From Acinetobacter phage HD01, in sequence record PQ437329.1: DNA of 56,791 nucleotides; one strand, written 5' to 3'. A model generated the notes under the pieces. The model was not told the DNA's origin. It worked only from the letters and a program-made list of their open reading frames with translations, and did not search any database. This document shows positions 19,274-29,172 of the stretch, in pieces. Both the position numbers and the translations under genes were made by a program. Position 1 is the stretch's first letter; the number at the start of each line of letters is the position of its first letter.

Positions 19274-21223
19274 ATGTCCGGAAATCTAGAAGAAGCGGTT
19301 AATCGCTTTGAGCAAAACGAACAGCGTGTCAATACTTGGGTAAACGGTGGGGATGGTGAATCTTATACTGACGAATCCGGACGTAACGTACCAAGTATTC
19401 AAAGTATTAACGCACAGGTTCTTTATTACCCTGCTGTATTTACTCAGCAATTATTAACAAAAGCTGATATTAGTTGGGTTGAAGGTGTGCTTGCAAGCTT
19501 CACAAATGGTGCAAGTAAGTTTTACCCAACTCTAGCACAAGCGAACGCCGATATTGCGAATATTGGTATTCACGACAAAGTTGAAATTGGAGAAATTGCT
19601 AACGGTGGTACTTGGTACAAACCAACAGCTGAGTCTACACAATTATCCAAATCGCTTTATGATGCTTTAACAGTATCGCAACGCTATACAGACCAGAAAG
19701 TAACCGACCTTACAGACGCACTAAAGCTCAAAAAATCAGACGACCCCGATATTATCTGTTTATGGGCGGATTCAAATGGTAGTGCTTTAATTTGGATTGA
19801 CAAGGAAACAGGGATCGGGCACGTCGTCGGTTTAGCAAATCATATTTTCACTAAACTTAACGGGATTCGCGCGTATGAGAGCGAAAATGTTGTTGCTGGC
19901 TATGTTGACAGCGAAGGGAATGTTCTTTGGGGTATTGATAAAAACACAGGTAAATTTTTTGCAGCAGGTTTAGAGTCTTCTAGTTTAGCTACTCAAGACA
20001 GTGTTGTTGCAAGTTACGATTTTTACGACACCCCTCCCGAAGTTCTTGACGTTAACCACATTGTTTCCTACGGTCAGTCCTTGTCGGTTGGTGCTACAGC
20101 TACCACAATTTTATCAACAGGTCAGCCGTATTACAACACAACTTTTGACACAGGGCCTCGGCAAGATACAGCCGCAACCGCTATTGCACCGTTAATTGAG
20201 CAGTTTAATAACCCATCCTCCGATGGATATGCAAATCGCGGTGAAACACATTGTTCAGGGATGGCAAACTATGCTTCGCTTCTTTTGTCAAAAGATTTTG
20301 GTGTTAATCCACAAAACCACGTTATTATGGCGTCAACTGCTGGGCATGGTGGCTACAGAATAGACCAGTTAGAAAAAGGAACAGCGTGGTATTCTGTGTT
20401 CATTGACCATGTAACTAAAGGTAAAAACTTAAATACTGGTAAAACTTATCATGTTCCGTTAGTTCCTTGGATTCAGGGTGAAAACAATGCTGTTAGCGGT
20501 GGCATTCAAACCCCATACGCAGAATATAAAGCAGACCTTGTACAACTTCAACAAGACATTGACGCAGATGTAAAAGCTATTACAGGGCAAGCTTCACCTG
20601 TTCGCTTTATTACATATCAAATGACCTATGCAGCAAAGACTTGGCCTGAAATTGCTAAAGCCCAGTTAGATCTTGCAATGGAAAATGATAACTTTATGTT
20701 ATCTACCCCAATGTATCACTTCCCTTATGCTAGCGACAAAATACATCTTACTAACGTTGGATATAAATGGCTAGGCGCCTATATTGGTCGAGCTTATGCC
20801 CAATATGTTGCTCAAGGTCGTAAACCCGACTTCCTTATGCCTTTACATGCTTACGTTGAAGGTAAAAAGGTAACTATTAAATTTAAAGTACCTACTCAAC
20901 CTCTACGTTTTGATACAACAAGTTTAGCAGCTACACAAAACCATGGATTTAAAATTATGCAGGGTACAACAGAGCTCACCATAGACTCTTTAACTGCGTT
21001 GGGTGATACTGTGGTTATAAATTTATTAACCGAACCAAGTGCTGAGGTTCAGGTTCGTTATGCGCTAGACTATTTAGGAGCAGGTTTAACCGTAACTAAT
21101 GGGGCAAGTGGAAACCTGCGTGACAGTACAATGGACTCAGTTGTTATTGCAGGTATTACAAGACCTCTTTACCATGTAGCGCCACACTTCGAATTAACAG
21201 CTAATTTGCTTAAAGGTATTTAA
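19274..21223 (+). CDS. tail fibre / receptor-binding protein with SASA/SGNH-type esterase-like domain
   Basis: 649 aa. Internal tandem motif DSNGSALIWIDKETGIGH / DSEGNVLWGIDKNTGKFF. C-terminal half carries YGQSLSVG, WIQGENNA and DKIH, matching the GQS(N)...W.QGE.D...D..H pattern of sialate-O-acetylesterase-type hydrolases. Confidence 0.45.
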   Translation: MSGNLEEAVNRFEQNEQRVNTWVNGGDGESYTDESGRNVPSIQSINAQVLYYPAVFTQQLLTKADISWVEGVLASFTNGASKFYPTLAQANADIANIGIHDKVEIGEIANGGTWYKPTAESTQLSKSLYDALTVSQRYTDQKVTDLTDALKLKKSDDPDIICLWADSNGSALIWIDKETGIGHVVGLANHIFTKLNGIRAYESENVVAGYVDSEGNVLWGIDKNTGKFFAAGLESSSLATQDSVVASYDFYDTPPEVLDVNHIVSYGQSLSVGATATTILSTGQPYYNTTFDTGPRQDTAATAIAPLIEQFNNPSSDGYANRGETHCSGMANYASLLLSKDFGVNPQNHVIMASTAGHGGYRIDQLEKGTAWYSVFIDHVTKGKNLNTGKTYHVPLVPWIQGENNAVSGGIQTPYAEYKADLVQLQQDIDADVKAITGQASPVRFITYQMTYAAKTWPEIAKAQLDLAMENDNFMLSTPMYHFPYASDKIHLTNVGYKWLGAYIGRAYAQYVAQGRKPDFLMPLHAYVEGKKVTIKFKVPTQPLRFDTTSLAATQNHGFKIMQGTTELTIDSLTALGDTVVINLLTEPSAEVQVRYALDYLGAGLTVTNGASGNLRDSTMDSVVIAGITRPLYHVAPHFELTANLLKGI

Positions 21224-21225
21224 AA

Positions 21226-21978
21226 ATGAATTTAACTCTACAACTCGACGATTATGTGTCCCCTTTTGCAGCCGAACTTCCAAAAGTCGTAACTCAAGAT
21301 TTAATTTACCAAGAACGTTACGAAATGGATGCTGTTGATCATTGGATGTTTGGTGTTAACGCTTCTTCACTCGTTGGTACTGTTGCAGCCAACCAACTTG
21401 TTCAACTTGGTGGTGCAACAGTACCAGTCTATTACGAGAATTATTTAACTATTAAAGACAACACAGGTCAGGCGCTTCATACACCTGTTTATGATACCGC
21501 CAACGAATTTACGCTATGCTGTGTAGCAAAACAGAACCACACAGGCATTTCAATTATTGCTGGATCTTTAGGTGCTACAGATACCCCGAATGGTATTGGT
21601 TTATTCACGTCCGGTGGAAAAATATACCTTACAATTCGTACCCAAGTGAGTTCGCTAGACTTGGGTTTAACAGCTATTGACACTTCAAAACCGTTCTTTG
21701 TTGCAGTAAGCGTAACAAAGCTAAGTTCAACAAGTTTTACTTACCGAGCAATTGCGTATCAAAATAAAGTTGCCTATACAAAAGAAGGTTCAATGACTGG
21801 TTTTGTAACTTCTGGTTCTAAGCTTGGTTTTGGTAACAGTCGATACACTTCAGCAAGTACCGCAATGCTTAACTTATATGAAGGAATTGTATATAACAAA
21901 TCTTTAAGTTTATCGCAGTTGCAGCTTTTAGCAGAGCGTTCCCGAATCCGCATGGAAAAACGAAACCAAGACTTTTAA
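21226..21978 (+). CDS. hypothetical tail-associated protein
   Basis: 250 aa, last gene of the structural block, followed by a bidirectional terminator. Confidence 0.3.
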   Translation: MNLTLQLDDYVSPFAAELPKVVTQDLIYQERYEMDAVDHWMFGVNASSLVGTVAANQLVQLGGATVPVYYENYLTIKDNTGQALHTPVYDTANEFTLCCVAKQNHTGISIIAGSLGATDTPNGIGLFTSGGKIYLTIRTQVSSLDLGLTAIDTSKPFFVAVSVTKLSSTSFTYRAIAYQNKVAYTKEGSMTGFVTSGSKLGFGNSRYTSASTAMLNLYEGIVYNKSLSLSQLQLLAERSRIRMEKRNQDF

Positions 21979-21988
21979 TTAATGCAGC

Positions 21989-22013
21989 AAAAAGCCCTTT
22001 TTAGGGCTTTTTT
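21989..22013. terminator. bidirectional rho-independent terminator between convergent gene blocks
   Basis: AAAAAGCCC-TTTTTA-GGGCTTTTTT, symmetric, with an A-run and a T-run on either side. Confidence 0.75.
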
Positions 22014-22090
22014 GTTTTAGTGGTATAAAGGTATAGCTTTTTATATAACGTCGCAGCTACCCCCGAAAAACCATGCAAATTTCGCACGTT

Positions 22091-24271
22091 TTAGTCGCTA
22101 TAGTAGCCAATACCCTTTAGCACGTTGTAAGTTTCGTTAATGTACCATTCTTTATCCACATTTTTAGGAAACTCTTGCGGTAATTCCATTAAAGGAACAG
22201 CACCCTCAGAGCGGGGAACTTTGTTACCATTCTTAGCATAAACAATTTCACCAGTAACGTCCTTCCCATAATACCAACGTATTGCCTTTCCTAAGTAGTC
22301 GTTACGCCCAGGCGGACACATTTGCAAAGCGTACTCGTAAGCACGTTCAAGGCTTGCATGGGTGTTAGGTGCCCAAGAGTCGTGACGGTAGTTACCCCCT
22401 GAAACTTCGCTGAACCCCATAATAGACAAAAGTTCTTCTTTTGAGCTGTGCTCGGGAACTAACCTATCCCAAGACTTAACAGCTCCACCATTAACGGAAC
22501 GCACGTTTAAGAATTTGCGTATATCTTGGCATTCGTTAATTGTTTCATGAACAGGTTTATTTTCCAATAACAGTTTACGAATAGCTTCTACACAAATTTC
22601 ATTAGATGGGTTTACCTGCAAACTGGTATTTGCTAAAGCCCCTTTTGTTTTTAACGGTTCTTTAGGATCAGGTCGATTTAACCATATACCGTCCTTTTGC
22701 TCTTTCTTAACAGCTATATAACTGTTAACGTCACGGGAATATAAAGCAAGGTATTCGGTATCTTCTGTTTCAAAGTTTGTAACCTGCTCCCACCATTTAA
22801 CAATCTTATTAAGGGTTTCTTCCATGTGGTCAGGGCACTTAATAACAATCCCGTCCGTGTTTGCACTAACCACACTAATTCCAGCAAGCTCAATTTGCTC
22901 AATAAGCATTAGCAGATTTAACTGACCGCTAATGGTTACCTGAATTAATAAGTCAGGGGAGTACAAAATAGAATATTTAGAACCAAGTTTACCAAACGAA
23001 CCGTTAATGACAATCTTGAGTGAGTTAGCAACTTTTTTATTCCCTGCACGCTTAGCGGTTAAGCGTCGTTGAACAATAGAGTTATACACACTAAGGAAGT
23101 TAGTTCCTAAATGTTTAGGGTAAAGACCCTGATTAAGGATAATAAATGGGTAGTAAGAAGTCACATCACGGTCAATAAGTTTAACCCCACCGCCTGCAAC
23201 ATGCCCGGCAGCAGACTCGGTACTATGTAGGCCGCCAATACCCATCTTGTAGACGCTGTTACCAATGCGTATTTTAAGACTTTTAAGTTCGGCAGGCATA
23301 CCAACAGCACCGCTATCCCCTACAACAAAGTTAGCTTTACGAACAATATCTAGAACGCTATTCATTAAAGGTGTTTGAAAGCGCATGTAAGCAGGAGGAT
23401 AATACTTGTAAGCAGTACCAATAGCAATTTCAGGCCTTTGTGGACGTGTACCAGTAATCTTTTCAATTTCATGTGCAATAACTGCTTCCGCAATTTGTGC
23501 ATCGGACTTACTTCGTAAGTCAATACCGTATTCTTCCGTCATTTCGGTGCGGAGCGTTAATTCGGTTTTCAAAGACTCATATAGCTCAACTGTTTGCTCT
23601 AAATCGTTTACACAGTAATAGCGTGTAATAGCAACTTGCTCGGGGCTTAACACCGTATCCGGAACAAACGGTAAATCCTGCGTCCGTTTAGTGTGCATAC
23701 GCGCACCATAAATTTTTAGCGAGCACATGCTAGGAGCTACTTCAATCAAGTCAATGTGGTTAAGCCGTTTCAACTTCTTAGCGTTATAGTCTTTAAATAA
23801 ATCTTTAGAGCGCACATTATATTGAATAATTTTATCGCTTGCTTCTTTAAGCTGAGCACAACTTAGTCCATGGATTGCAAGGGTAGCCATTGGAATATCG
23901 TAGCTGTTAGAGTTAAAACCAACAACTAGCATATTCTCCATAATCCAACGAAGTTTTTGAGTATTTAAAAAAGAGTTATTATCCTTTTCTAAATAAAAAA
24001 CTTTACCAGTTATTTGACTTTTAAATGCTATGAGGAAATAATTTACATAGCACTCAATATCAAAGATTACAGGGTGTCTTTTAACAGCGCATTCTATAAT
24101 CTCTTGGTCTGTCATTAAGGGTACATTAAACGCCAACGACTCTTCTAAATAAGGTAAATAGTCTGGGAGTAACCAAGTAGGTTCTGGCGGTTCACGTTTT
24201 ACTTTTTCAACTTTAACAGACTTTTCAGCGGGCTTATCTTCCCAAAATAAACCAAGTGCATCCGCTCTCAT
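22091..24271 (-). CDS. DNA polymerase, family B
   Basis: 726 aa. Exo I-like VIFDIECY, Pol-B motif A DVTSYYPFII (DxxSLYPS) and motif C SANTDGIVI (DTD). Confidence 0.7.
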   Translation of the reverse strand: MRADALGLFWEDKPAEKSVKVEKVKREPPEPTWLLPDYLPYLEESLAFNVPLMTDQEIIECAVKRHPVIFDIECYVNYFLIAFKSQITGKVFYLEKDNNSFLNTQKLRWIMENMLVVGFNSNSYDIPMATLAIHGLSCAQLKEASDKIIQYNVRSKDLFKDYNAKKLKRLNHIDLIEVAPSMCSLKIYGARMHTKRTQDLPFVPDTVLSPEQVAITRYYCVNDLEQTVELYESLKTELTLRTEMTEEYGIDLRSKSDAQIAEAVIAHEIEKITGTRPQRPEIAIGTAYKYYPPAYMRFQTPLMNSVLDIVRKANFVVGDSGAVGMPAELKSLKIRIGNSVYKMGIGGLHSTESAAGHVAGGGVKLIDRDVTSYYPFIILNQGLYPKHLGTNFLSVYNSIVQRRLTAKRAGNKKVANSLKIVINGSFGKLGSKYSILYSPDLLIQVTISGQLNLLMLIEQIELAGISVVSANTDGIVIKCPDHMEETLNKIVKWWEQVTNFETEDTEYLALYSRDVNSYIAVKKEQKDGIWLNRPDPKEPLKTKGALANTSLQVNPSNEICVEAIRKLLLENKPVHETINECQDIRKFLNVRSVNGGAVKSWDRLVPEHSSKEELLSIMGFSEVSGGNYRHDSWAPNTHASLERAYEYALQMCPPGRNDYLGKAIRWYYGKDVTGEIVYAKNGNKVPRSEGAVPLMELPQEFPKNVDKEWYINETYNVLKGIGYYSD

Positions 24272-25227
24272 AACTTCATACCTATAATAGCGCCACGTAA
24301 GGATTCACCAAAAAATAAACACGGTGCAGGGTATAAGCTCCAGTCCATAGAGGTTACCGTTCCTTTTAAACAATTAAGCATATCTACTTGATAAATGCCT
24401 TGCGCATTTAAACCCTGCACTTCGTAGTTCGCACCTTCTTCGTTATCTGTTTGACTGGTTGTAATAACGTCACCGTTAATATAAATACGACCAGTTTTAT
24501 CGGTGAAAGGTTTTAGATAAGTTAAAGCAGTGAAAACCCTTTCGTCCATTGGAACTGGGTTAGATGGTTTATCTAAAATTTTACCTATCGGGGGCCAGTC
24601 TGTACTAAATAACTGTGAGCGCACCCAACGTCCATCGCTATAATGAAAAGTGATTGAGTCTTTAGCAATTTGGACTTGTAACGGTGCTTCTTTAATGCGC
24701 AGAAGCTCTTTAACGCAAGGAGCAGGGATATTAACTTCAAAAGGTACTGCAACACCTAACCAGTATTCCACAGCGATGACGTTGTTGGTTGCGTATGCGC
24801 TGCAACCTTTCAAAAGAATACCGTTAGTCCAAGGTCTACTTGCATCGTCCCCAACAAAGTTCAGCAAAACTGTGAAAGCTTTTAAAAGCAGCTCCCCATT
24901 AAAGTCCTGTACAAAATCCCCTTCAGGTAAAACATGAGCGGTTTCTTCGGTAATACATTCAATAAAACTTTTAAACGTACCGCTCTGAATTTTTAACTTT
25001 CCAGCAGGGGTCATGGACATTGCAATAGTATCTTCACACAAGCTAATCGCTTTAACTAATTGCGCGGCTTTTGGTTTACAGTTAATATCAAACGGAATAG
25101 GCGAGCTAAGTGCGAGCATCCCGTTATAAGAGCGAACAACACCATCTTCAATGACAAAGTGTGTCATAGCAGGCAGGAAGTCTTTTTTAGCCACAGCACC
25201 TTGCACAAACTTCAATTCTTTAAGCAT
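24268..25227 (-). CDS. sliding clamp (DnaN/beta-clamp-like) candidate
   Basis: Start at 25227 with RBS AAAGGGGATAATA. N-terminus LKFVQGAVAKKDFLPAMTHFVIEDGVVRSYNGMLALSS resembles beta-clamp N-termini. Coupled to the Pol B gene (ATGA). Confidence 0.4.
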   Translation of the reverse strand: MLKELKFVQGAVAKKDFLPAMTHFVIEDGVVRSYNGMLALSSPIPFDINCKPKAAQLVKAISLCEDTIAMSMTPAGKLKIQSGTFKSFIECITEETAHVLPEGDFVQDFNGELLLKAFTVLLNFVGDDASRPWTNGILLKGCSAYATNNVIAVEYWLGVAVPFEVNIPAPCVKELLRIKEAPLQVQIAKDSITFHYSDGRWVRSQLFSTDWPPIGKILDKPSNPVPMDERVFTALTYLKPFTDKTGRIYINGDVITTSQTDNEEGANYEVQGLNAQGIYQVDMLNCLKGTVTSMDWSLYPAPCLFFGESLRGAIIGMKL

Positions 25228-25603
25228 TATTATCCCCTTTAAACTTCTTATACATTTTAGCATAACGCTCATAAAGCTGTAAGAAGATGCTCTCCACTGA
25301 GTAAGCATGTAACTCGGTGTCATCCCCGAAGCCAAAGTGGTCTTTAATAAAGTCCCAAGCGTGACAAGCTTCGTGGACTAACGTATGGGTTACTGTAATT
25401 GGCTCAACTTCATACATTCCAGGAAACACAATTACAATTGCATCCGTTTCACGTGTTGTATGTGTAACGTGGCAACACTTTGCAGCAGCGTTCCCCATAT
25501 CAGGAATAGTGTAACCTTTAAGGTACTTAATTTCATCCACCTCTTGCTGGCTTTCAACTAGGTAGATTGGGAGGGATGGTAACTTTGGTTTAATTGCTTT
25601 CAT
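25220..25603 (-). CDS. small HExxH zinc-metallopeptidase-like protein
   Basis: 127 aa with LVHEACHAWDF (HExxH). Overlaps the dpdA stop and the clamp start. Confidence 0.4.
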   Translation of the reverse strand: MKAIKPKLPSLPIYLVESQQEVDEIKYLKGYTIPDMGNAAAKCCHVTHTTRETDAIVIVFPGMYEVEPITVTHTLVHEACHAWDFIKDHFGFGDDTELHAYSVESIFLQLYERYAKMYKKFKGDNNA

Positions 25604-26523
25604 TAAAATAATTCCTGAGCACGCGCTTTAAATTCTTGGTCGTGACTTGCGTTTATCATGTGGTTAATTGTGCAGTAACCCCAAATATTATAGGCAGCAC
25701 GCGATTCATATACTGTACTTAGACGCTCGTAAGTGAACCCCATATCTTCAAGCTCTTTAAATAAAAAGTCTTGTTCAATTGGAGTTAAGTTACAAAGGTG
25801 TTGACCTGCATCGTGACGGGATGGGGACTTGTCCGATACACGTAAAGGCCCATGCTTTGGGTGTACAGCAGAACCAAAGGCAGCAGCTTGAATCCAAGAA
25901 GAGGAGTCACAGCTATACCAAGGATAGTCAGCCATTAAAGGCACAGACGTTAAACCAAATCCATGAACTTTAATCTTAGCGTTTCCGCTACCGTCAACCA
26001 AGTATCTATCCCAAATACGGTCAAGCCAAATACGGAGCTTTTGACTCGACTTCCCTACCATACCCCCAATGGTAATATATTCATAGTTTTGGATATACCA
26101 TTCAAGGTATTTTTCGTCTTCCCCAAAGTGAAAGCAGGGTAAAGGCTTAGCCCCACGCTGTTCCATTTCTAACTGGTTGCGCCATGTTTGCAAAGGGTCA
26201 CCAATACCATCCAACACAGAAGCCATCATTACACCGTCTTCGTGTCTAATAATGTCACGGTTGCGGATAATATAAGCGCAATAGTCCTCAATATTAATTG
26301 TTGCACCTAACGTCCAAGCAGAGAACGCACCCGAATCCAGGAATACGGTTGCGTTATCTCGACGCATATCGTCAACATATTTTTGCTTCAATACATAATG
26401 GTAAGATTCAAGAATGTGTGGTGTTTTAGCACAAATATCTTTTTCAATGTCGGTTAATTTTTCATAACGTGTTTGCCCGGGCATATAACCGTTCGTATAA
26501 AGAGCTGCAATAAACAGATTCAT
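25603..26523 (-). CDS. dpdA: DpdA, DNA-guanine transglycosylase (TGT-like) for 7-deazaguanine insertion into DNA
   Basis: 306 aa with TGT-family FLDSGAFS (cf. TDSGGFQ). Last gene of the que operon. Confidence 0.65.
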   Translation of the reverse strand: MNLFIAALYTNGYMPGQTRYEKLTDIEKDICAKTPHILESYHYVLKQKYVDDMRRDNATVFLDSGAFSAWTLGATINIEDYCAYIIRNRDIIRHEDGVMMASVLDGIGDPLQTWRNQLEMEQRGAKPLPCFHFGEDEKYLEWYIQNYEYITIGGMVGKSSQKLRIWLDRIWDRYLVDGSGNAKIKVHGFGLTSVPLMADYPWYSCDSSSWIQAAAFGSAVHPKHGPLRVSDKSPSRHDAGQHLCNLTPIEQDFLFKELEDMGFTYERLSTVYESRAAYNIWGYCTINHMINASHDQEFKARAQELF

Positions 26524-26577
26524 TCTAAACTCCTGAAAACAGGGAGTTCCCTCCCTGTTAGTTAAACCAGTTGATTA

Positions 26578-27159
26578 TCAGGTTGCTTGCTGCATAAATT
26601 CAGCGCGTGTCTCAGGTTGCTCTTTAATTACACCGCGAAGAGCAGTTGTTACAGTATGGTGTCCCTGCTGACAAATACCTCGCGACTCCATACACATGTG
26701 ACGAGCTTTAATAACCACACCAACGCCAAGAGGTTGCAGGTGTTCAACCAGTGCGTCAGCAATTTGCGAAGTTAAACGCTCTTGAACTTGTAAACGGCGA
26801 GCAAACGCATCCGCTAAGCGTGATAGCTTGCTGAGCCCTACAATTTTACCGTTCGGAATATAAGCAATGGTTGCAGTACCAAAAATGTCAGCTAAATGGT
26901 GTTCACACTTGCTGTAAATTGGAATGTCTTTAACAATTACCATTTGATCGTAATTGTCAGCACCGTCTTCAAAGACTTTTAACAGTGCTGCAATATCCAC
27001 GTTATAACCGCTACACCAGTGCTTCCATGCTTTAGCTACACGGTGCGGAGTCTCTTTTAAGCCTTCACGTTCAGTTTCCCCAACAAAGCCAAGAATAATG
27101 CGAATAGCAGGTTCAATATTCATTTCTTCGTAAGTTGGTGCGTTTGTTTGAGCGTTCAT
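26578..27159 (-). CDS. folE: GTP cyclohydrolase I
   Basis: 193 aa with the KCEHHL signature and the usual C-terminal conserved region. Confidence 0.8.
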   Translation of the reverse strand: MNAQTNAPTYEEMNIEPAIRIILGFVGETEREGLKETPHRVAKAWKHWCSGYNVDIAALLKVFEDGADNYDQMVIVKDIPIYSKCEHHLADIFGTATIAYIPNGKIVGLSKLSRLADAFARRLQVQERLTSQIADALVEHLQPLGVGVVIKARHMCMESRGICQQGHHTVTTALRGVIKEQPETRAEFMQQAT

Positions 27160-27611
27160 TAATTAGTACCTGTATAAATTGCGCTGTTTGCGCCATGTTC
27201 AAAAACTTCTACGGATTCAACTTTTACGTTGGTTGTTAGTTTAGCACTTTTAATCCAGTTTTGTGCAAAACCATACGCAATTTCTGCAAATTTTTCGCAA
27301 CCTACATTGTCAACAATAACTAGGTCTAAAATACCTGCATCACGCATTTCACGGAACTTGTCCAATTGTGGGTCGTCTGCTGCAACAACTGTCTTATGAT
27401 CAAAGTGTTCCATAAGCGTATTCTTTAAGCTTTTAAGTCCACCAAAATCAACAACCCAGTTTCGATCGTCCAACTCTTCAGCAACAAAGGTAAATTTAAA
27501 ACCAATCGCGTATCCGTGCAATTTTGAGCAATGCGAATGCACCGCTCGCCATTGACGGAAAGCGCAACTAATCCCAACTTCATGTCCGTAAGTTTTAGTT
27601 GACTTGTACAT
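27159..27611 (-). CDS. queD: 6-carboxy-5,6,7,8-tetrahydropterin synthase QueD
   Basis: 150 aa with CSKLHGY (Cx3HGH/Y) and a PTPS-like fold signature. Confidence 0.7.
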   Translation of the reverse strand: MYKSTKTYGHEVGISCAFRQWRAVHSHCSKLHGYAIGFKFTFVAEELDDRNWVVDFGGLKSLKNTLMEHFDHKTVVAADDPQLDKFREMRDAGILDLVIVDNVGCEKFAEIAYGFAQNWIKSAKLTTNVKVESVEVFEHGANSAIYTGTN

Positions 27612-28426
27612 TATTCATCTGTCCCATTGTAAGCGTCATAATTTGAAGTTTCAGGGTAATCCATTAAACCTTCTTTAACTGCACGTAATACAAGCGGATC
27701 GGGTTTACCTGCATCCAAGAAACCTTGAGCACGTAATACGTTAGCATGGTTCATGTCCGTTGGAGGATATTTACCGTCATATGAAGTGTGGCTATAAGCT
27801 AAAGCATCCCAACAAGTCCAAGGGCAAGGACCGCCTTCATGCGCTAGTTTGGTGTCAATGTGTAGTTTATAAGCAAGGTCTACAGTCTCAGCTTTGTCTA
27901 ACCACATTAACGGAGTAACAATATTAATCCAATTATCGTCGCGGTGATCGTGTCCTAAAGCTGTATTAATATACATTTCGGTGGCACGAATAAACACTTG
28001 TCGACAATCGTCATAATTAGCGTTATCCATTTGACATACCCCAGTGATAAGGTCGCAGTCACCAAGTGCTTCAGCGCGGTTAGCTGCTACCGTTAAGAAA
28101 AGTGCATTGCGCATAGGCACAAAGGTCTTTTCACGGTTGCTACCAACTTCAGCAGACATAGACTCAAAGTCTTGGTATTTGTCTAACTCGTTGCTGCTAG
28201 TAAGCGGTGAAACACTTTTTAAACAGTTTGGAATTTGAACAAATTCATGCGACGTAACGCCTGCCATTTCTGCAACCTTACGAGCAGCTTCTAGCTCAAT
28301 AATATGACGCTGACCGTAATCGAAAGTAATAGCGTGAATTTCTTTGTAACCTTGTTGTTGAGCCCAAAATAGACAGGTTGTTGAATCCTGACCCCCTGAT
28401 AAAATAACTAAAGCTTTTTGACGCAT
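27611..28426 (-). CDS. queC: 7-cyano-7-deazaguanine synthase QueC, with C-terminal extension
   Basis: PP-loop SGGQDST near the N-terminus. 271 aa, about 40 aa longer than typical QueC, with an atypical Cys arrangement (CPWTCW). No glutamine amidotransferase domain. Confidence 0.75.
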   Translation of the reverse strand: MRQKALVILSGGQDSTTCLFWAQQQGYKEIHAITFDYGQRHIIELEAARKVAEMAGVTSHEFVQIPNCLKSVSPLTSSNELDKYQDFESMSAEVGSNREKTFVPMRNALFLTVAANRAEALGDCDLITGVCQMDNANYDDCRQVFIRATEMYINTALGHDHRDDNWINIVTPLMWLDKAETVDLAYKLHIDTKLAHEGGPCPWTCWDALAYSHTSYDGKYPPTDMNHANVLRAQGFLDAGKPDPLVLRAVKEGLMDYPETSNYDAYNGTDE

Positions 28427-28431
28427 TGGTA

Positions 28432-29172
28432 TTACTCCACGTTAATGATTTTGTGTGTTTGCAGTTGCAAAGTGTACCCATGTTTAAGACATGATGCAAC
28501 ACATGCTTCCATATTTTGTGCATTTAGTTTAGCACATTTGTCGTCAAGCGGTTGTAAGTAGATTGGAACTGTTACTCTACTTAAATTGGGACGGAACAGG
28601 ATTGGTTTTGCTGTGTGGTCAAGTGCTGTTTTAGGAAGTCCATCGTGTGCATCCAAATCGCTGGCACCGCCAACGTATTTAAAAGCGCAAGCGTGTTCTT
28701 GGATTGTTTGGTGTACATTACCAGTCTTAGGACTGCAAACAATGTAAATTCCAAAACGACCGTGAGGGTTTAAAGTAATTATCTTCTGAATGCGGTTAGC
28801 AGGTTCGGGAATTGGCAAAGATCCGTTAGTTTCAATCTGCACATAATAACCGTTATCAACAAGAATATGCAGGAATTGGAACAGGTTACTCTGACGTAAA
28901 GGTTCGCCACCAGTAACCACAATAAGTCCGCCTTTTTGCAAGTTACGCACAGTGTCAACAATATCTACGTACTTCATTAGCTTACGCCCGTCCGTGTATT
29001 CGGTGTCACACTTTGGGCATTGTAGGTTGCAACCTGCTAAACGTATAAAGACGCAAGGTGTTCCAGTAAAAGGACCTTCACCTTGAATAGTTTTAAAAAT
29101 ACTATGTACGTCTAAACTGCGAACCTTATTTGTTAATGCAATACGCTTTTCTGGCTTTTGGTTGTTTAACAT
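28432..29172 (-). CDS. queE: 7-carboxy-7-deazaguanine synthase QueE (radical SAM)
   Basis: 246 aa with CNLQCPKC (Cx3Cx2C). Confidence 0.75.
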   Translation of the reverse strand: MLNNQKPEKRIALTNKVRSLDVHSIFKTIQGEGPFTGTPCVFIRLAGCNLQCPKCDTEYTDGRKLMKYVDIVDTVRNLQKGGLIVVTGGEPLRQSNLFQFLHILVDNGYYVQIETNGSLPIPEPANRIQKIITLNPHGRFGIYIVCSPKTGNVHQTIQEHACAFKYVGGASDLDAHDGLPKTALDHTAKPILFRPNLSRVTVPIYLQPLDDKCAKLNAQNMEACVASCLKHGYTLQLQTHKIINVE

